Positions 24,495 through 37,850 of a stretch of 64,000 bases of DNA are shown piece by piece. The position numbers and the translations under genes were made by a program. Below the pieces are notes generated by a model. The model searched no databases, was not told the DNA's origin, and saw only the letters and a program-made list of their open reading frames with translations. This stretch comes from Malacoraja senta (Eukaryota). How positions within the stretch are numbered: the stretch's first letter is position 1; every line of letters begins with the position of its first letter. The stretch lies in the NCBI GenBank assembly GCA_038087875.1, contig CM075992.1:2482001-2546000 (forward strand), in the 5' to 3' direction.

Positions 24495-25170
24495 CAAGGC
24501 CACAGCTATGCCCTGCATTTTGGTTGATTACGTCAAACAGTCCTTGTTCTAAATGTACACTGGCACCATCCTCCAACTCTTCCTCCGCTACATCGACGAC
24601 TGCTTCGGGACTGCCTCCTGCACTCTTGCAGAACTTGTTGATTTCATTAACTTTACCACTAGCCTACCCTGCCTCATATTCACTTGGACTATCTATGTCA
24701 CCTCTCCCCCCTTTTCTAATCTCTCTGTCTCCATCACAGGGGACAGACAGGCTATTGACTGACATCTACAACAAACTCACCAACTCCCACAGTTATCTGG
24801 ACTACACCGCCTCCCATCCTGCCTCTTGCAAACATGCCATCCCCTACTCTCAATTTCTCCGTCTCCATCATATCTACTCCCAAAATGAGGACTTCCATTC
24901 CAGGACATCCGAGATGTCCTTTTTTTGGGAAACGTGGCTTCCCCATGCTGTCGTAGAAGGATCCTTCACCTGCACCTTCTCTGTGTCCCAGAGTTCTGCT
25001 CTCACTCGCCCTCTTCCCAGATGGAAGAAGGTTAGAGTTCCCATGATCCTCAACTGTCAGCCCACCGGCCTCCGCATCAACACATCATTCTCCAACACCT
25101 CTGCCACTTTCCATACTATTCCACCACCGTTCACATCTTCCCATTCCAATCCCTTTCCATTTCCAACTGG
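24495..25170 (+). mobile_element. Penelope-like element RT/thumb pseudogene fragment
   Basis: LFLRYIDDCFG (RT YxDD), then DIYNK.TNSHSYLDY.ASHP.SCK.AIPYSQFLRL (PLE-typical); frameshifted; followed by a PLE terminal repeat at 25170-25310. Confidence 0.85.
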
Positions 25171-25759
25171 ATGATGTTTGGGTCAAGACTTTTCTTCAGA
25201 CCCAAAACGTCACCCATTCTTCTCTCCAGAGATGCTGCCTGTCCCGCTGAGTTATTCCAGCATTTTGTGTCTACCTTTGGTGTTAACCAGCATCTGCAGT
25301 TGTTTCCTATACCTACTCCTTTAACTCTTGTTGTGTCTGTTTCACCTTGGACATTGGACAACTGGCATTATCAATGGAATGCTTTTGTTCTATATCAAAG
25401 ATATTTTCATTGCCAAGAAAGCGTAACCAACCATTTAGATTTTTACTGCCTTAAATATCATTTAGAAAGCATCAACAATAAGCAAATAGTAATTTAAAAA
25501 ATTATGCCCAACCACAAATTAACATTGCCACAGAGCTGTAAATTTCTCACAGGACTCCTCCCAATTGCCGAAATTGGTTAATGCACCTAAATGCAACTCC
25601 AAATCATCCAAACCAAGACTATCTATAATAGTGTAAATCCTTGCCCGTGCTTTGTGAATCTAAGCTGAACAACATTAATCTCCATTGCCGGGTCTAAGAA
25701 TTAAAGTCAAAGAGTCATGTTACTCCTAGTCATCATAGAGTGACTCCAATAGCTTGACC

Positions 25760-26240
25760 AATTTGATGGATAACCAGAGAGTTGCAAATACCACGCAGTG
25801 TTGGGTAACAGTCTTCACGGCATGAGTTGTAACTGAAGGATGAAAGTAAAAATATCCCATAGGATGTTGTACATCTGTGACCTAATTTGTAAGTGTATGA
25901 CTAAGGTACTGCTATAGTCCTGGACAATATATAGTGCTACATCCTGGACAATACAGCTCACCCCATCCATGACACACTGGTCAACCTGACGAGCACCTTC
26001 CAGCAAAAGACTGGTTCACCAAGATGCAGGACAGAATGCCACAGGAGATCCTTTTGGAGATCCTTCTTCCCTGTGGCAATCCAACTTTACAACTCCTCCC
26101 TCTTCTGTCTAGAATGAGACTGACTCCTCTCCCCGATCTTTGCACATCCCCCAAGCCTTTCCACTCGTCACTTTAATTTCATGTTTCATGTATTTGTGTT
26201 TTTATGACTGTTGGCATATCAATTTCCCTCCTGGGATAAA
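25760..26240 (+). mobile_element. Rex1/Babar-type LINE 3' remnant with (ATCGT)n tail
   Basis: HPIHDTLV..R.RTE.HRRSF.PVAI.LYNS-like translation with frameshifts, then AATAAA and tatcgtatcgtat. Confidence 0.6.
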
Positions 26241-28199
26241 TAAAGTTCTATCGTATCGTATTAGGGGAGAAGTGACATGTGTACAAAGCTATTCTGGTGG
26301 AATGCTTATTGGGCATTGTATCTGCAAGCTGGAGAAGAGGATGTACCTGCCAAACTATCAGATTTTGTTATATTTATCCAAGCCATAACCAGGGTAGATG
26401 TTGAGATGATTTAACTCGTGGAAAAGTTTCAAATGTGGGGACACAGTTCTAATGGGTGGTGAGCATTTGAAATTGAGCTACAGTATGTAGGATTTCCTTT
26501 CACATACAGGGGTTGTGGAGTCCGGGTTATTGGATGTATTAGAGGTAGTGTTTATCTTTGAAAGATCATGGAATTGAGGGCAATGGGGAACTGGTACAGA
26601 AGAGGAGTTGTAGCCTGGAGCAGATTAACCATAAAGTAAACTCCCTATCTCAATCATGATCCTTGTAAATGGCAGTGCCAGGCTTGATGACCCAGAGCCT
26701 ATTCCTACTCCGATTGTCTTGTTCTTCTGCATCAACAAGCTACATTTCTTTAGTGCTATCTTCAAAGGGAAAGATATAGAAATATGGACGGTATTTTTGT
26801 ACAAGATAAACAAGTTTATTTATCTTCCATTCATCTTCTTAGTGGTTCCTATGAACTACTTATGAACAATATCAATAAAGCTCAATCAACAAACTAAACA
26901 GTGAGATGTAACTGGACTATAACAAAGGATGGGACATGGCTGTTAGATATTACAATCATTTATCACTCCTAAGCCAGTTGTAGGGCCTGGTGCAATAAGA
27001 GATGAATATTTCAATTAAAGTCACAGCCAGATCAAAGCTTTACAATTCTCTTAAGAAATAATTATGGGTCATGCACATTGTCTATTCACATCTACAAATT
27101 CCTGCAGCACAAAGGTAGTAGACATGTACAGGCTTGAGTTTCGAGGATAGGTCTCCATAAAAGCCAAACTTATGAGTCCATAATGTAACTGAACAACATC
27201 CTGCAAATTATTTATTTTAATAATTCAATTAATTCACTCATTTAATCCCTGGGATCCTAATTTGAATCATCTTTGATATATAGTACAACTCTTCGCTCTC
27301 TGCTGGCTGGAAAGTTTTGAAGTTTCTTTGTGTTACATATACGTGTAATTATAGTGCAGAGAAGATAGACTTTGTGGTTGCTTCTGCTCCACATGAACCA
27401 ACGCCCATCCTATTAAATCTGCATTTCAACATTTGGTTCTGTGCTTTTCTACCACTTAACGAGGCAAGGCATAATTAACCTTTCAGCATTAAACAATTAA
27501 GCACAATATCTAGCCAGAAACATCTGAAAGGATGATTTGTGTTGAAGATGGGAATGTTGGACTGAAGGATGTGGGTGCCCTTCTGAAACTGGAGGTTAAG
27601 ACATAGTGCTGGTGCTAAGTAAAGCCGTCTTTGCCCAGTACCTATGTTCTATCTGACCAGAGGTGCTTAACTGAGTGGTAATAATATAATTAAATGCTAA
27701 ACTAGACTATTCGTGTGGTTGACCTAGGAATCAAGAAATTGAGGCAAAGAATAGAAAACTTTTCAGCCTCCCAAACATACATCCTTTACCTTGTTAATAT
27801 CAAAGCATACCCACAACTGCATTTTCATTTTGTCTGAGGAAATATAAATTCTAATTCTTACATTGCTGTGGTATAGGGTTGTTGACTATGAGTTTATATT
27901 AAGATTCAAAGGTTGATTTTTATCACAATTTTTGAAAAACAGCATGTTAATGAAAGTGGTTTGGGCGTTGCACCATGCAAGTTATATTAAAGCTAATTTT
28001 AGTCTTGCAATAACTGTTACAGTTTCTGGAAAAGTCAAACCACTTGAAGCTGCAGGAGTGATTGCTAAGTAAACAACATATAATTGAGTGAAATATTATT
28101 TCATGTTTAAGTGATGGTAACCAACTAACATGCTGTAGACTTCAGCACTAGAGAGTTATCAATCCTTCACTGTTATGGTTTTCTTGTCAACAGTTGTTA

Positions 28200-28685
28200 A
28201 GTGTTTAGTTTAGTTTGGAGATACAGCATGGAAACAGGCCCTTCGGCCCACCGACCAGTGATCCCATGCATTAACACTACCCTACACACATTAGTGACAA
28301 TTTTACATTTATACATTCATATCAAGCCAATTAACCTACAAACCTGTACGTCTTTGGAGTGGGGGAGGAATCTGAAGATCTCGGAGAAAACCCCGCAGTT
28401 CACTGTGAGAACGTACAAACTCCATACAGTCAGGATCGAACCCGGGTCTTTGGCGCTGTAAGGCAGTAGCTTCTTCTTCTTCTTCTTCTTCTTATCGAGT
28501 CCACACACAAGATTAGAAGTCGTTCAGCCAGAGATGAACACACTTCTCGGCATCTGCAGACAATGGTGTCTGTCTTGCGCTTCTGTGCGTGGTGGTGGAA
28601 AGATTGGTGAAAACAGGGCCGCGACATGAACGCTCTTTCCTTAACCCCAGGCAGTAGCTCTAACGCTATGTCACTGTACCGTCCA
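28200..28685 (-). mobile_element. HE1/V-SINE-like tRNA-derived SINE with a nested insertion
   Basis: B-box ggttcgatcc, central 'ggagtttgtacgttctc', CR1-like 3' tail and (ACTAA)n; split by the insert at 28472-28648. Confidence 0.8.
28472..28648 (-). mobile_element. Short (GAA)n-tailed retroposon insertion with 11-bp TSD
   Basis: AGGCAGTAGCT at 28461-28471 and 28649-28659; (ctt)n at the left end. Confidence 0.8.
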
Positions 28686-28852
28686 GAGTTCTTTGTTTAA
28701 TTTTAAAATGTGACTTAAATCTTACAATTTGCAAATAGATATTATGCAGCATATTAATTTGTCACTTTTTCTTCAGATCAGGCCCCATCAGTCTATTTAC
28801 ATTCTGTCAGGATGACATGAATTTTATGTTGCATGCATTACTTGAGCAAATA

Positions 28853-30075
28853 GTCAAGTCAAGAGAGTTTATTGTCATGTGTCCCAGATAGGACAATGAA
28901 ATTCTTGCTTGCTGCAGCACAACAGAATATTGTAAACATAAAACAGAACAGTTCAGTGTGTCTATATAGCATAGACCACACATATACACATAAATAAACA
29001 GATAAAGTGCAATAGGCTGTTATAGTTCAGAGTCTGTTTGTTGGCGAGTTTAATAGCCTGTTGGCTGTGGGGAAGTAGCTGTTCCTGAACCCGGATGTAC
29101 CAGATTTCAGGCTCCTGTACCTTCTACCCGATGGTAGCGGAGAGATGAGTGTGTGGCCAGGATGGTGTGGGTCCTGATGATGTTGGCAGCCTTTTTGAGG
29201 CAGCGATTGCGATAGATCCCTTCGATGGTAGGGAGGTCAGAGCCGATGATGGACTAGGCAGTGGTCACAACTTTCTGCATTCTTTCCGCTCCTGGACGCT
29301 CAAGTTGCCGAACCAAGCCACGATGCAACCAGTCAGCATGCTCTCTACTGTGCACCTGTAGAAGTTTGAGAGAATCCTCTTTGACATACCGACTCTCCGT
29401 AATCTTCTCAGGAAGTAGAGGCGCTGATGTGCACTCTTTATAATTGCATCAGTGTGCTGGGATCAGGAAAGATCTTCGGAAATGTGCATGCCCAGGAATT
29501 TGAAGTTCTTGACTCTTTCCACCATCGTCCCGTTGATATAAACGGGATTGTGGGTCCCTATCCTACCCATTCCAAAGTCCACAATCATATCCTTGGTTTT
29601 GCTGGTGTTGAGAGCCAGGTTATTGTGCAGGCACCATTTGGTCAATCGGTCGATCTCACTTCTAAACTCTGACTCTTCCCCATCAGTGATTCGTCCACAA
29701 CAGTGGTGTCGTCGGCGAACTTGATGATGAAGTTCGCACTATGTCCGGCTACGCAGTCATGAGTACAAAGTGAGTAAAGCAGAGGGCTGAGCACGCAGCC
29801 TTGAGGTGCTCCCGTGCTGATTGTTATCAAGGATGACACATTTTCACCAATACGGACAGACTGTGGTCTGTGGATGAGGAAGTCGAGGATCCAATTGCAG
29901 AGGGATGCGCAGAGACCCAGATCTGAGAGCTTGGTAACCAGCTTGAGGGGATGATTGTATTAAATGCCGAGCTGTAGTCAATGAATAACAGCCAGACATA
30001 TGAGTTTTTGTTGTCCAAGTGGTCCAGAGCGGAGTGGAGAGCCAGTGAGATCGCATCCACCGTTGATCTGTTATG
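28853..30075 (-). mobile_element. 5'-truncated, frameshifted Rex1 LINE
   Basis: [50 protein letters not shown]; (CTTGA)n tail; same family as 45826-46885. Confidence 0.88.
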
Positions 30076-30227
30076 GCTTTTCAAGGTTTTTCTTGATACA
30101 GGTCCCTAACCACAATTTCCAATGGCAAAAAAGCTGTAAACTGTGACCATTATCCACAAAGCCTATGGAATGGTTAGACCAAGCTTCAGCATATCCCTCT
30201 GTATGCAGCCCTGAACCTTAAAGTGAG

Positions 30228-30560
30228 ACAAGACACAAAATGCTGGAATAACTCAGCGGGACAGGAAGCATCTCTGGAAAGAAGGAATGGGTGACGTTTC
30301 GGGTCGAGACTCTTCCAAAAGGTCACCCATTCCTTCTATCCAGAGATGTTGCCTGAAGAAGGGTTTCGGCCGAAACGTTGCCTATTTCCTTCGCTCCAAT
30401 AGATGCTGCTGCACCTGCTGAGTTTCTCCAGCACTTTTGTCTACCTTCGATTTTCCAGCATCTGCAGTTCCTTCTTAAACATATTGCCTGTCCCGTTGAG
30501 TTACTCCCGCATTTTGCGTCTATGATCAGTGTAAACCAGCATCTACATTCCTTCCTACAC
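30228..30560. mobile_element. Nested Penelope terminal repeats (two subfamilies)
   Basis: An inverted pair of the 'gagtaactcagc' subfamily is interrupted at ~30354-30483 by a 'gagaaactcagc' subfamily copy flanked by ttgcctg. Confidence 0.7.
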
Positions 30561-33509
30561 CTTAAAGTGAGGCAGTCTGCAGCATTTATTTGGGGACAGC
30601 TCCTGTCACTGAAAGATCACTAGGATACAGGCTGACCAGAGGACATCAATCACAGAGTTGATGTTCTTCCAATAGCAGTTGATATTTGCCCTCCTTGTGA
30701 GTCTCTCATATCAACCCATATAACACAGTTTTGCACTGTGCACCTTGGATGAATTTCGACCAAGACAAATGAATCTCTTTGCAGACTTCCATGGCAAACA
30801 CACATTCATCAAAAAAATGACCTTATTCCCAGAGTAGCCACCTCTATGGCAACACTCCAGCTGTACAAGAAGAATGTGATGGGGAGTTCTGATGAAAACA
30901 TTCTGCCAAATATCTGTTACAGGCTTTTCAGTGAATCATGTGACAAGAGCCATTGTCACCATTTACCAATGAGCCTCAATGACATTTTGTGCAAATCTTT
31001 GCCTTGTGGTCAAAGGTAATCTTTTGGATAGTATTCTATGACAGATAAATGGAATGGCATGGTCACTGAAAGGGGCCATTTTGTTTGCAACATGACAGAC
31101 CCACCCTTTTCAACACTAGGGAGTGAGAATACAGAGGGTCTTTGCATAACGGTGCAGCCATACACAAAGGCAGCAACCTCATCATATTTGTACATCATGT
31201 TACAAAAATCTCCATCAGGGCCCCAACAATCTCCTCACTCGCTTCCTATGACACGGCGGGATAGATTTCGTCATGCTTAGGGGATTAGTCCACTTTAATA
31301 TGTACCAATATCTCGAACACTTCCTCTTTCCTGATACACGTGTTCCAGACTGTCAGTGTACTACTTCCCCTAACTCTCCACCCTCCTTCCTGATGCAAAT
31401 TATTCATTCAGGACATCACACATATTTCTGGCTCCACACACACAGACTTCCCTTTCAGAAGGAAAAGGAAACCGAGGAGCCTACTCTTTCTTGTTTCTAA
31501 TACATTTATAAAAGCTTTTGGGAATTCTCTTTAAATCTGCTGACCAGGGCCATTTTGAGTCATACAGCGTGGAAACAGGCCCTTCAGCCCAACTTGCCCA
31601 TTTCATGTCACATTTTGCCCTCATATACTGTAATTCCCTATGTCCCATCACTTGAAACTAGAGGGGCAAAAGATGTGACTGGTAGCAGAGGAAACAAGCC
31701 AGGATTTCTTCTAGGTGATCCTAATGTCCAGCGGCCTTTGCAGTTGTGAGGTCTAACCCAGACAGATCCAATGATGGATAACTAATTTTCCCCCAAATTA
31801 GTCAAATTTCCATTGAATGCAACAGGCTGAGATAATGAATGACGAGAGACAAAATCAAGATCTTGATTAATACGGGTGTCAGGCGTTATGGGGAGAAGGC
31901 TGGAGAATGGGGTTGAGAGGGTAAGATAGATCAGCTATGATTGAATGGCGGAGTAGACTTGATGAGCCAAATGGCCTAATTCTGCTTCTATAACTTAGGA
32001 TGTTCGGTTCTCAGCATGATCTGAATGAAGGGTCTCAACCTGAAATGTCACCTATCGATTGCTGGCTGACCTGCCGAGTTACTCCAATACTTTGTGTCCT
32101 TTTAGTGGTTGAGTTAAATGCCTGGTTTAACTACGCTTGCCCTTACATGGCCTGTTTTCATTTAAATACATTGCTGAGCTGCTACAAATCTGACCTGTAA
32201 ACTGTTTGGGTGATGAGCACTTCTCAGTAACAGAACCGTCGCAACTTAGTGAGGACCCTTACAATGGTACAGCTGTTATGCAGCATGTATGCACAGTGGA
32301 GTGGGCATTGCACAATGTGGCTGGCACAGAGAAATGTATATAAAGTGGGTTTAGCATGGTGCAGCAGTTTATATAGTGCGGATGGCACAGTGGAATAACA
32401 CTTATATACGTGGGGTGGGTAATGCAGCAATGCACTTGGTGGTGTGACCACAGGGGGCAACACTTTCAGTGTGGTTGGAAACACTGCAGCAATACATACA
32501 GTTCCTGTTCTACATGTATATTTCGAGAATTTTGTACATGATACTACCTTGCAAGAGTCAAGTTGTTCTGCTGCTATGCATTTCAACAGCGGACAGACTT
32601 CACCCACACCATGTAAGTTGAGAAGGAGAAAAAAAATGAATTTGCAGAAAATGTAACCTCAAATGCCATATACAGACTGTACACATGAAGATTATTAAAA
32701 TGATGCCCAGTCGTACTGCATTCTTTTGTTCTCTACTGTTAGTGTAGAAACAGGAGGGAACATGGGGCAACCCACTCCCTGTTCTCTATATATACTATTC
32801 TACAACCAGTTACTGAAGTCAACGCTTCTGATTTTAACTCCATTTGAAACAGAAGTACCATGCTTCTCTTGCTTTGTGAGGCCATCTTACATACTCATCT
32901 GCAACAATCATTCTACGGTGCACTTCAGTGAACTAATTTGTCTAAATTGGAGGTCTAAAGCTATTCTACCATCTACAAAGCATAAATTAAGAGCATGAAT
33001 GAGTGCTCTTCCTTTGCCCAGATGAGCATAGATCCAGCAACACCCATGAAGCTCGACAACATCCCAGGCATGCAAAGCAGCATTCTTGGTAGACAGAAAA
33101 GGACACAAAGGGCTGGAGTAACTGGAGTCAGACAGCCTCTCTGGAGAACATGGATTTGGGCTGGGATCCTTCATCAGACTAATGGACATCCTTTAACCAC
33201 ACTAATATTTATTGTCTCGACTGCTGGTGACTACCTACAAATCTACTGCAGCTACTCATATAGGCTACTCTGACAGAAGCTCCAATTCCTCACCAGGGAT
33301 AATGGCAGCTGGTTAATGAGAATACCACCACCTGCAGGTTCTTCTCCGTATCACATGATTTGGAAATGTATTGTTCAAATTCTCAAACCGCCAACCCTGT
33401 GGAGATAAATCCACCAGGACAGATGTTAAAAAAGGCAGCCCACCACAATCTGTTAAAGAATAATCAGGCACAAAAGGCTGAGTAACTGAGCTCGACCTGA
33501 AACTTCACC

Positions 33510-34067
33510 TATTGTGTGCAGTTTTGGTCCCCTAATTTGAGGAAGGACATTCTTGCTATTGAGGGAGTGCAGCGTAGGTTTACAAGGTTAATTCCTGGGA
33601 TGGCGGGACTGTCATATGCTGAGAGAATGGAGCAACTGGGCTTGTACACTCTGGAGTTTCGATGGATGAGAGGGGATCTCATTGAAACATATAAGATTGT
33701 TAAGGGTTTGGACACGCTAGAGGCAGGAAACATGTTCCCAATGTTGGGGGAGTCCAGAACCAGGGGCCACAGTTTAAGAATAAGGAGTAAGCCATTTAGA
33801 ACGGAGACGAGGAAACACTTTTTCTCGGGGAGTGGTGAGTCTGTGGAATTCTCTGCCTCAGAGGTGGAGGCAGGTTCTCTGGATGCTTTCAAGAGAGAGC
33901 TAGATAGGGCTTAAAAATAGCAGTCAGGGGATATGGGGAGAAGGCAGGAACAGGGTACTGATTAGGGATGATCAGCCATGATCACATTGAATGGAGTTTA
34001 GAAGGATGAGAGAAGGATGAGAGGGGATCGAAGGGCCGAATGGGCTACTCCTGCACCTATTGTCTAT
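33510..34067 (+). mobile_element. CR1 LINE 3' fragment inserted in a Penelope repeat
   Basis: QFWSP.LRKDI.A.E.VQRRFTRLIPGM..LSY.ER..LGLY.LE..MRGDLIETYKI; tail ctattgtctatt. Confidence 0.88.
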
Positions 34068-34859
34068 TCCTTTTCTTCAGAGATGCTGCTTAAACCGCTG
34101 AGTTATTCCAACTTTTTGTTTATCTTTGGTGTAAACCAGCATCTGCAGTTCCTTCCTACACAAAGAAAAATTAGGGATGGGTAATAAATACTGGCCACTG
34201 ACCACATCTAAAAAAAATGTATATATAAAAATATAATTTTGATTTAAACTAAACACCAAAATGGTTTTCTGGAGCTGAGCTATATATAGACTTGCATCCC
34301 AAGGTCATTCTGTGTACCAGCACTCCTAAGATCCCTGCTATTTGCCATATGTCCCAAGAGAAATTGACCCCCCAAAACACATTACCTCACACTGCATAAA
34401 TTCCAACTGCTGCCACTCAGTTAAAATGTTCAGTTAATCTATGTCCTGCTGTATCTTTAAACAACTATCTTTGCTACGTATGACTCCACCCATTTTCATG
34501 TTTTCAAACTTACCAATCATCCTCCAATATTCTCATCCATATATATATATATATATTCATATATACATACATATATGTATATTTTAATTCGTCATTATGT
34601 CACTTTTTCATATTTACCAGTCCTATAGGTTTGACGATTTTGCTTTTACTCGGATTTTGTGGATTCTGAGGTGGCAAATGAAGCCAATATGGGAATGTGG
34701 ACACTACATAAGACACCTATTTATTAATTATAGCTCTGCCTTCAATACCATCACAACCAAACATCTCTAAACTCCTGGTCAAAGGGTCAGAACTTCTCAG
34801 CAACCGGATCCTCAACCTCTTGACACAGAATATAACGAGTGAAAATAGGTGACACCACA

Positions 34860-35150
34860 TCCTCCACGATATTGGTGGTATTTTTCCAATGGCTTGCGAT
34901 ATCTGCACTGCAGAATCTAGGTCGTTGCAGTTAGGAAGGCAAGGGTCATTAATGTCTGGTAGACTACGCATTTGTGCTCTGTGAGGTCTTGATCTTCAAA
35001 TACACTTTTCCTCAATCAACCAGAGTATGTTAGCATATTGAAGTGGTAGTGAACTTTATCATCGATGACGATCTCGACAGAGATATCTCCCAAGTTATGG
35101 GAAGTCAGCCATTTTCTCCTTGGTTTTGATGTTATTGAACTGTAGTATTG
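34860..35150 (-). mobile_element. Old RTE (BovB-like) LINE fragment
   Basis: The minus strand translates LRKSVFEDQDL..K.VVYQ....T*....RYRKPLEKYHQ, resembling the RTE LRKRVF.D.D....K..VY....LE.YHQ region; decayed. Confidence 0.55.
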
Positions 35151-35849
35151 TGCAGCAGGAGTGGCACAGCAGCCACTATTACAGCCGTAATTTTTTAGAA
35201 ATATGGGTTCAATACTGACCATGGGTGCTACCTGCATGGAGCGTGTGTATCTTATTATCATTCATGTCCACTACAAATTAGAGCATCGCTCAATGCAGGC
35301 AAATTAAATAGTCAACAATTATGCAGTTATATTAATTGTAATATTTTCAGCCCAAAAGATGTTAACGTTGAAAAATCAAGGCAAATTGTTTACAAAGAAT
35401 GTAGCTGGGTTAGAACAAGTGAGGGAAGTTCACCAGTTGGAGTAAAATGTGCTAGTAGCAGCTTTGTTTGGAGAAATAGAAAAGCAGAATGTAGTTTGAA
35501 TGGAGAGAATGGGTGTCTTGTATATGAAGCACTGAAACTCAGTGTATAATTCAGCAAATAATTAACAAGGCAAGTGGAATAAAAACTAAAATTCCTGGCA
35601 AGGCAACAGTAGTTTCCCAACTGGACTTTAGTTTATGTCGAGTTCAGGTTTGTGGGTTCTGCCTAAGTGTATTTTGTTTTAACAAGATATGCAGAGTACA
35701 GCAAATACTATGGAGATAACTAAGTTTAGAATGCATTTGTCCAATGCAATTTAACTATTAGATTTTTTTAATCTTATTATTTTCATTCGCAGTGGTGAAT
35801 TTATAATGTAAAGTGATGACCAAGTAGATAATTAGTAACTAAAGCAAGT

Positions 35850-36200
35850 TAATTCACAAGCTATAGGAGTAGAATTAGTTCATTCGGTCCATCGGGTCTA
35901 CTCCGCCATTCAATCATGGCTGATCTCTGCCTCCTTATCCCATTTTCCTGCCTTCTCCCCATAACGCTTGACACCCGTTCTAATCAAGAATGTGTCTAAC
36001 TCTACCATAAAAATATCCACTGACTTGGCCTCCACAGCCCTCTGTGGCAATGAGTTCCAGATTAACAACCCTCTGACTAAAGAAGTTCCTCCTTACCTCC
36101 TTTCTAAAAGAGCGCCCTTTAATTTTAAGGCTATTACCTCTTGTCCTAGACTCTCCCACCAGTGGAAACATCCTTTCCACATCCATTCTATCTATGCCTT
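35850..36200 (-). mobile_element. CR1 LINE 3' fragment
   Basis: DVERMFPLVGESRTRG.SLKIKGR.F.KEVRRNFFSQRVVNL plus the CR1 3'UTR. Confidence 0.85.
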
Positions 36201-37479
36201 TTATTAATTGGTTCAGAACCCATAGGACTAAGGAACTGTGGATTCTGCTAAAGTACAGCTTGCTTTAGGCCATTAACTATTATTAAATAAAACTATAACC
36301 AATAAATGTGTTGACTTTCCCCTTTTCAATAAATTAGATAAAACTGTACAGTAAAACTAGTAAATTCAAGCTATGGAGATACCAGCACTCTACTTGATTC
36401 CCCGCTTACTGGCGGTGCTACTCAGATGCAGGGGCAGTCCAATGGTGAAAGGAATACATATCCAAAATGATTGAATGCAAGAACTCTAAAGAAAGCTTTG
36501 TATGTATAGCCCCTTTTTATCCTTTGATGCTGAATGGAATATTTCTAAAGAGCAGGCATTGTTGTAACTACAAAGGATTTTGTTATATGTAGCACATTTG
36601 CTGCAGAATTTCATGTGTATCTGTAGCAATTATTATAATACATGCAACACTGCCATGATTGAGAATTTGACTACAATTTGACTCATATCTGGGAGAAAAA
36701 CTATCTGCATTATAAATGTATATATTTACTATTTTACTTACCTTCCTTAGCTGTCATATGATGCGGATCAAACATGCAAGCTTCGGTGATGTATATATCA
36801 CTGACCCAATGAGATTTTCTTTCAATTAATTTGTGTATCCCATACATTCGCTCAATTGTTGAACTTAACAATGGTTTAACAACATACTCCAACTTACACT
36901 ATCAGTAAACTAAAAGAACAAAGCAGGAAAATTTATGTTCTTGCTACTTAACAGAGCCAGTTGCTTCCAGGACTTCCGCTGTTGGGTAGTGCCATTTTCA
37001 CTTGGCTTCACTTATACATGGAACAATTACTTGAGGATCCGATGCTAAATTGCTGCAATGGCAACTGGCAAAATTGACTTTGCATCATAAGTATTATTCC
37101 CGAGAATAGTGCAGCCAGTTTCTCAAAGATGTTGAATGCCATCTCTGACCAATACAGAGGTCAGATGGCAGTGGGGTTGATGTGCCTCGAGGTAAATATG
37201 CAACAAATTACACAACCCTGTGCAAAATTATAACAATTTCAACTTGGGGATAAAAGGAAACGGTGCACTCTGCTTGGAGTAGTTAGCTACACCTAACCAA
37301 TCACCTATAAATGTGATTAAAAACGGTTTAACATTATAACAGTCTTTGAAATGCTAATTAAACAGATACAAATAGACAAATGCAGAGCAGTGCAAACCAG
37401 CCACCCACATCTCACAAAGCCAGAATTAGATTACCGGTACTTCAATTTTATTAATGTGGTTAGTTGAAAAGTCAATAGC

Positions 37480-37850
37480 AGTTTAGTTGTCACATATGTA
37501 ACTGCACAGTGAAATTCCTTTTTTCATATTACACATGTGGGTGTCGCCATTATTCAAAGTCGAAAGTCCAGACTGCTCGCTCGCTCAATGCACTGGAGCA
37601 TTTCCCGCGAACAGACGTCCCTCTCCTCTCCATCTTTATATCCTGGGGCACCTCCTGAAGATGCTGGAGGCATTACCCCGGTACATCCTCCTCGCGTCCG
37701 ACTTCACCAGCTCATCCTGGTTACGCTGTCTACCAAGCCTTCGGGTGAGTTCCTGATCCCGCTGACCAACAAGCCTTAGGGCGAGGTCCGGAGATCGCGG
37801 CGGGCTAGCCGGGCCTGCTTGTTGGGGGCATCCCGGCCTGCTGCTAATCA
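37480..37850 (-). mobile_element. CpG-rich non-coding retroposon with TSD
   Basis: LINE-like 3' end 'aatttcactgtgcagttacatatgtgacaactaaact' on -; TSD CAATAGC at 37473-37479 and 37851-37857. Confidence 0.65.

Noticed and set aside
37137..37170. Hairpin tgccatctctgacc/ggtcagatggca as a miRNA or other ncRNA
   Set aside because: The stem is only ~12 bp with a bulge, too short for a pre-miRNA, and has no other support.
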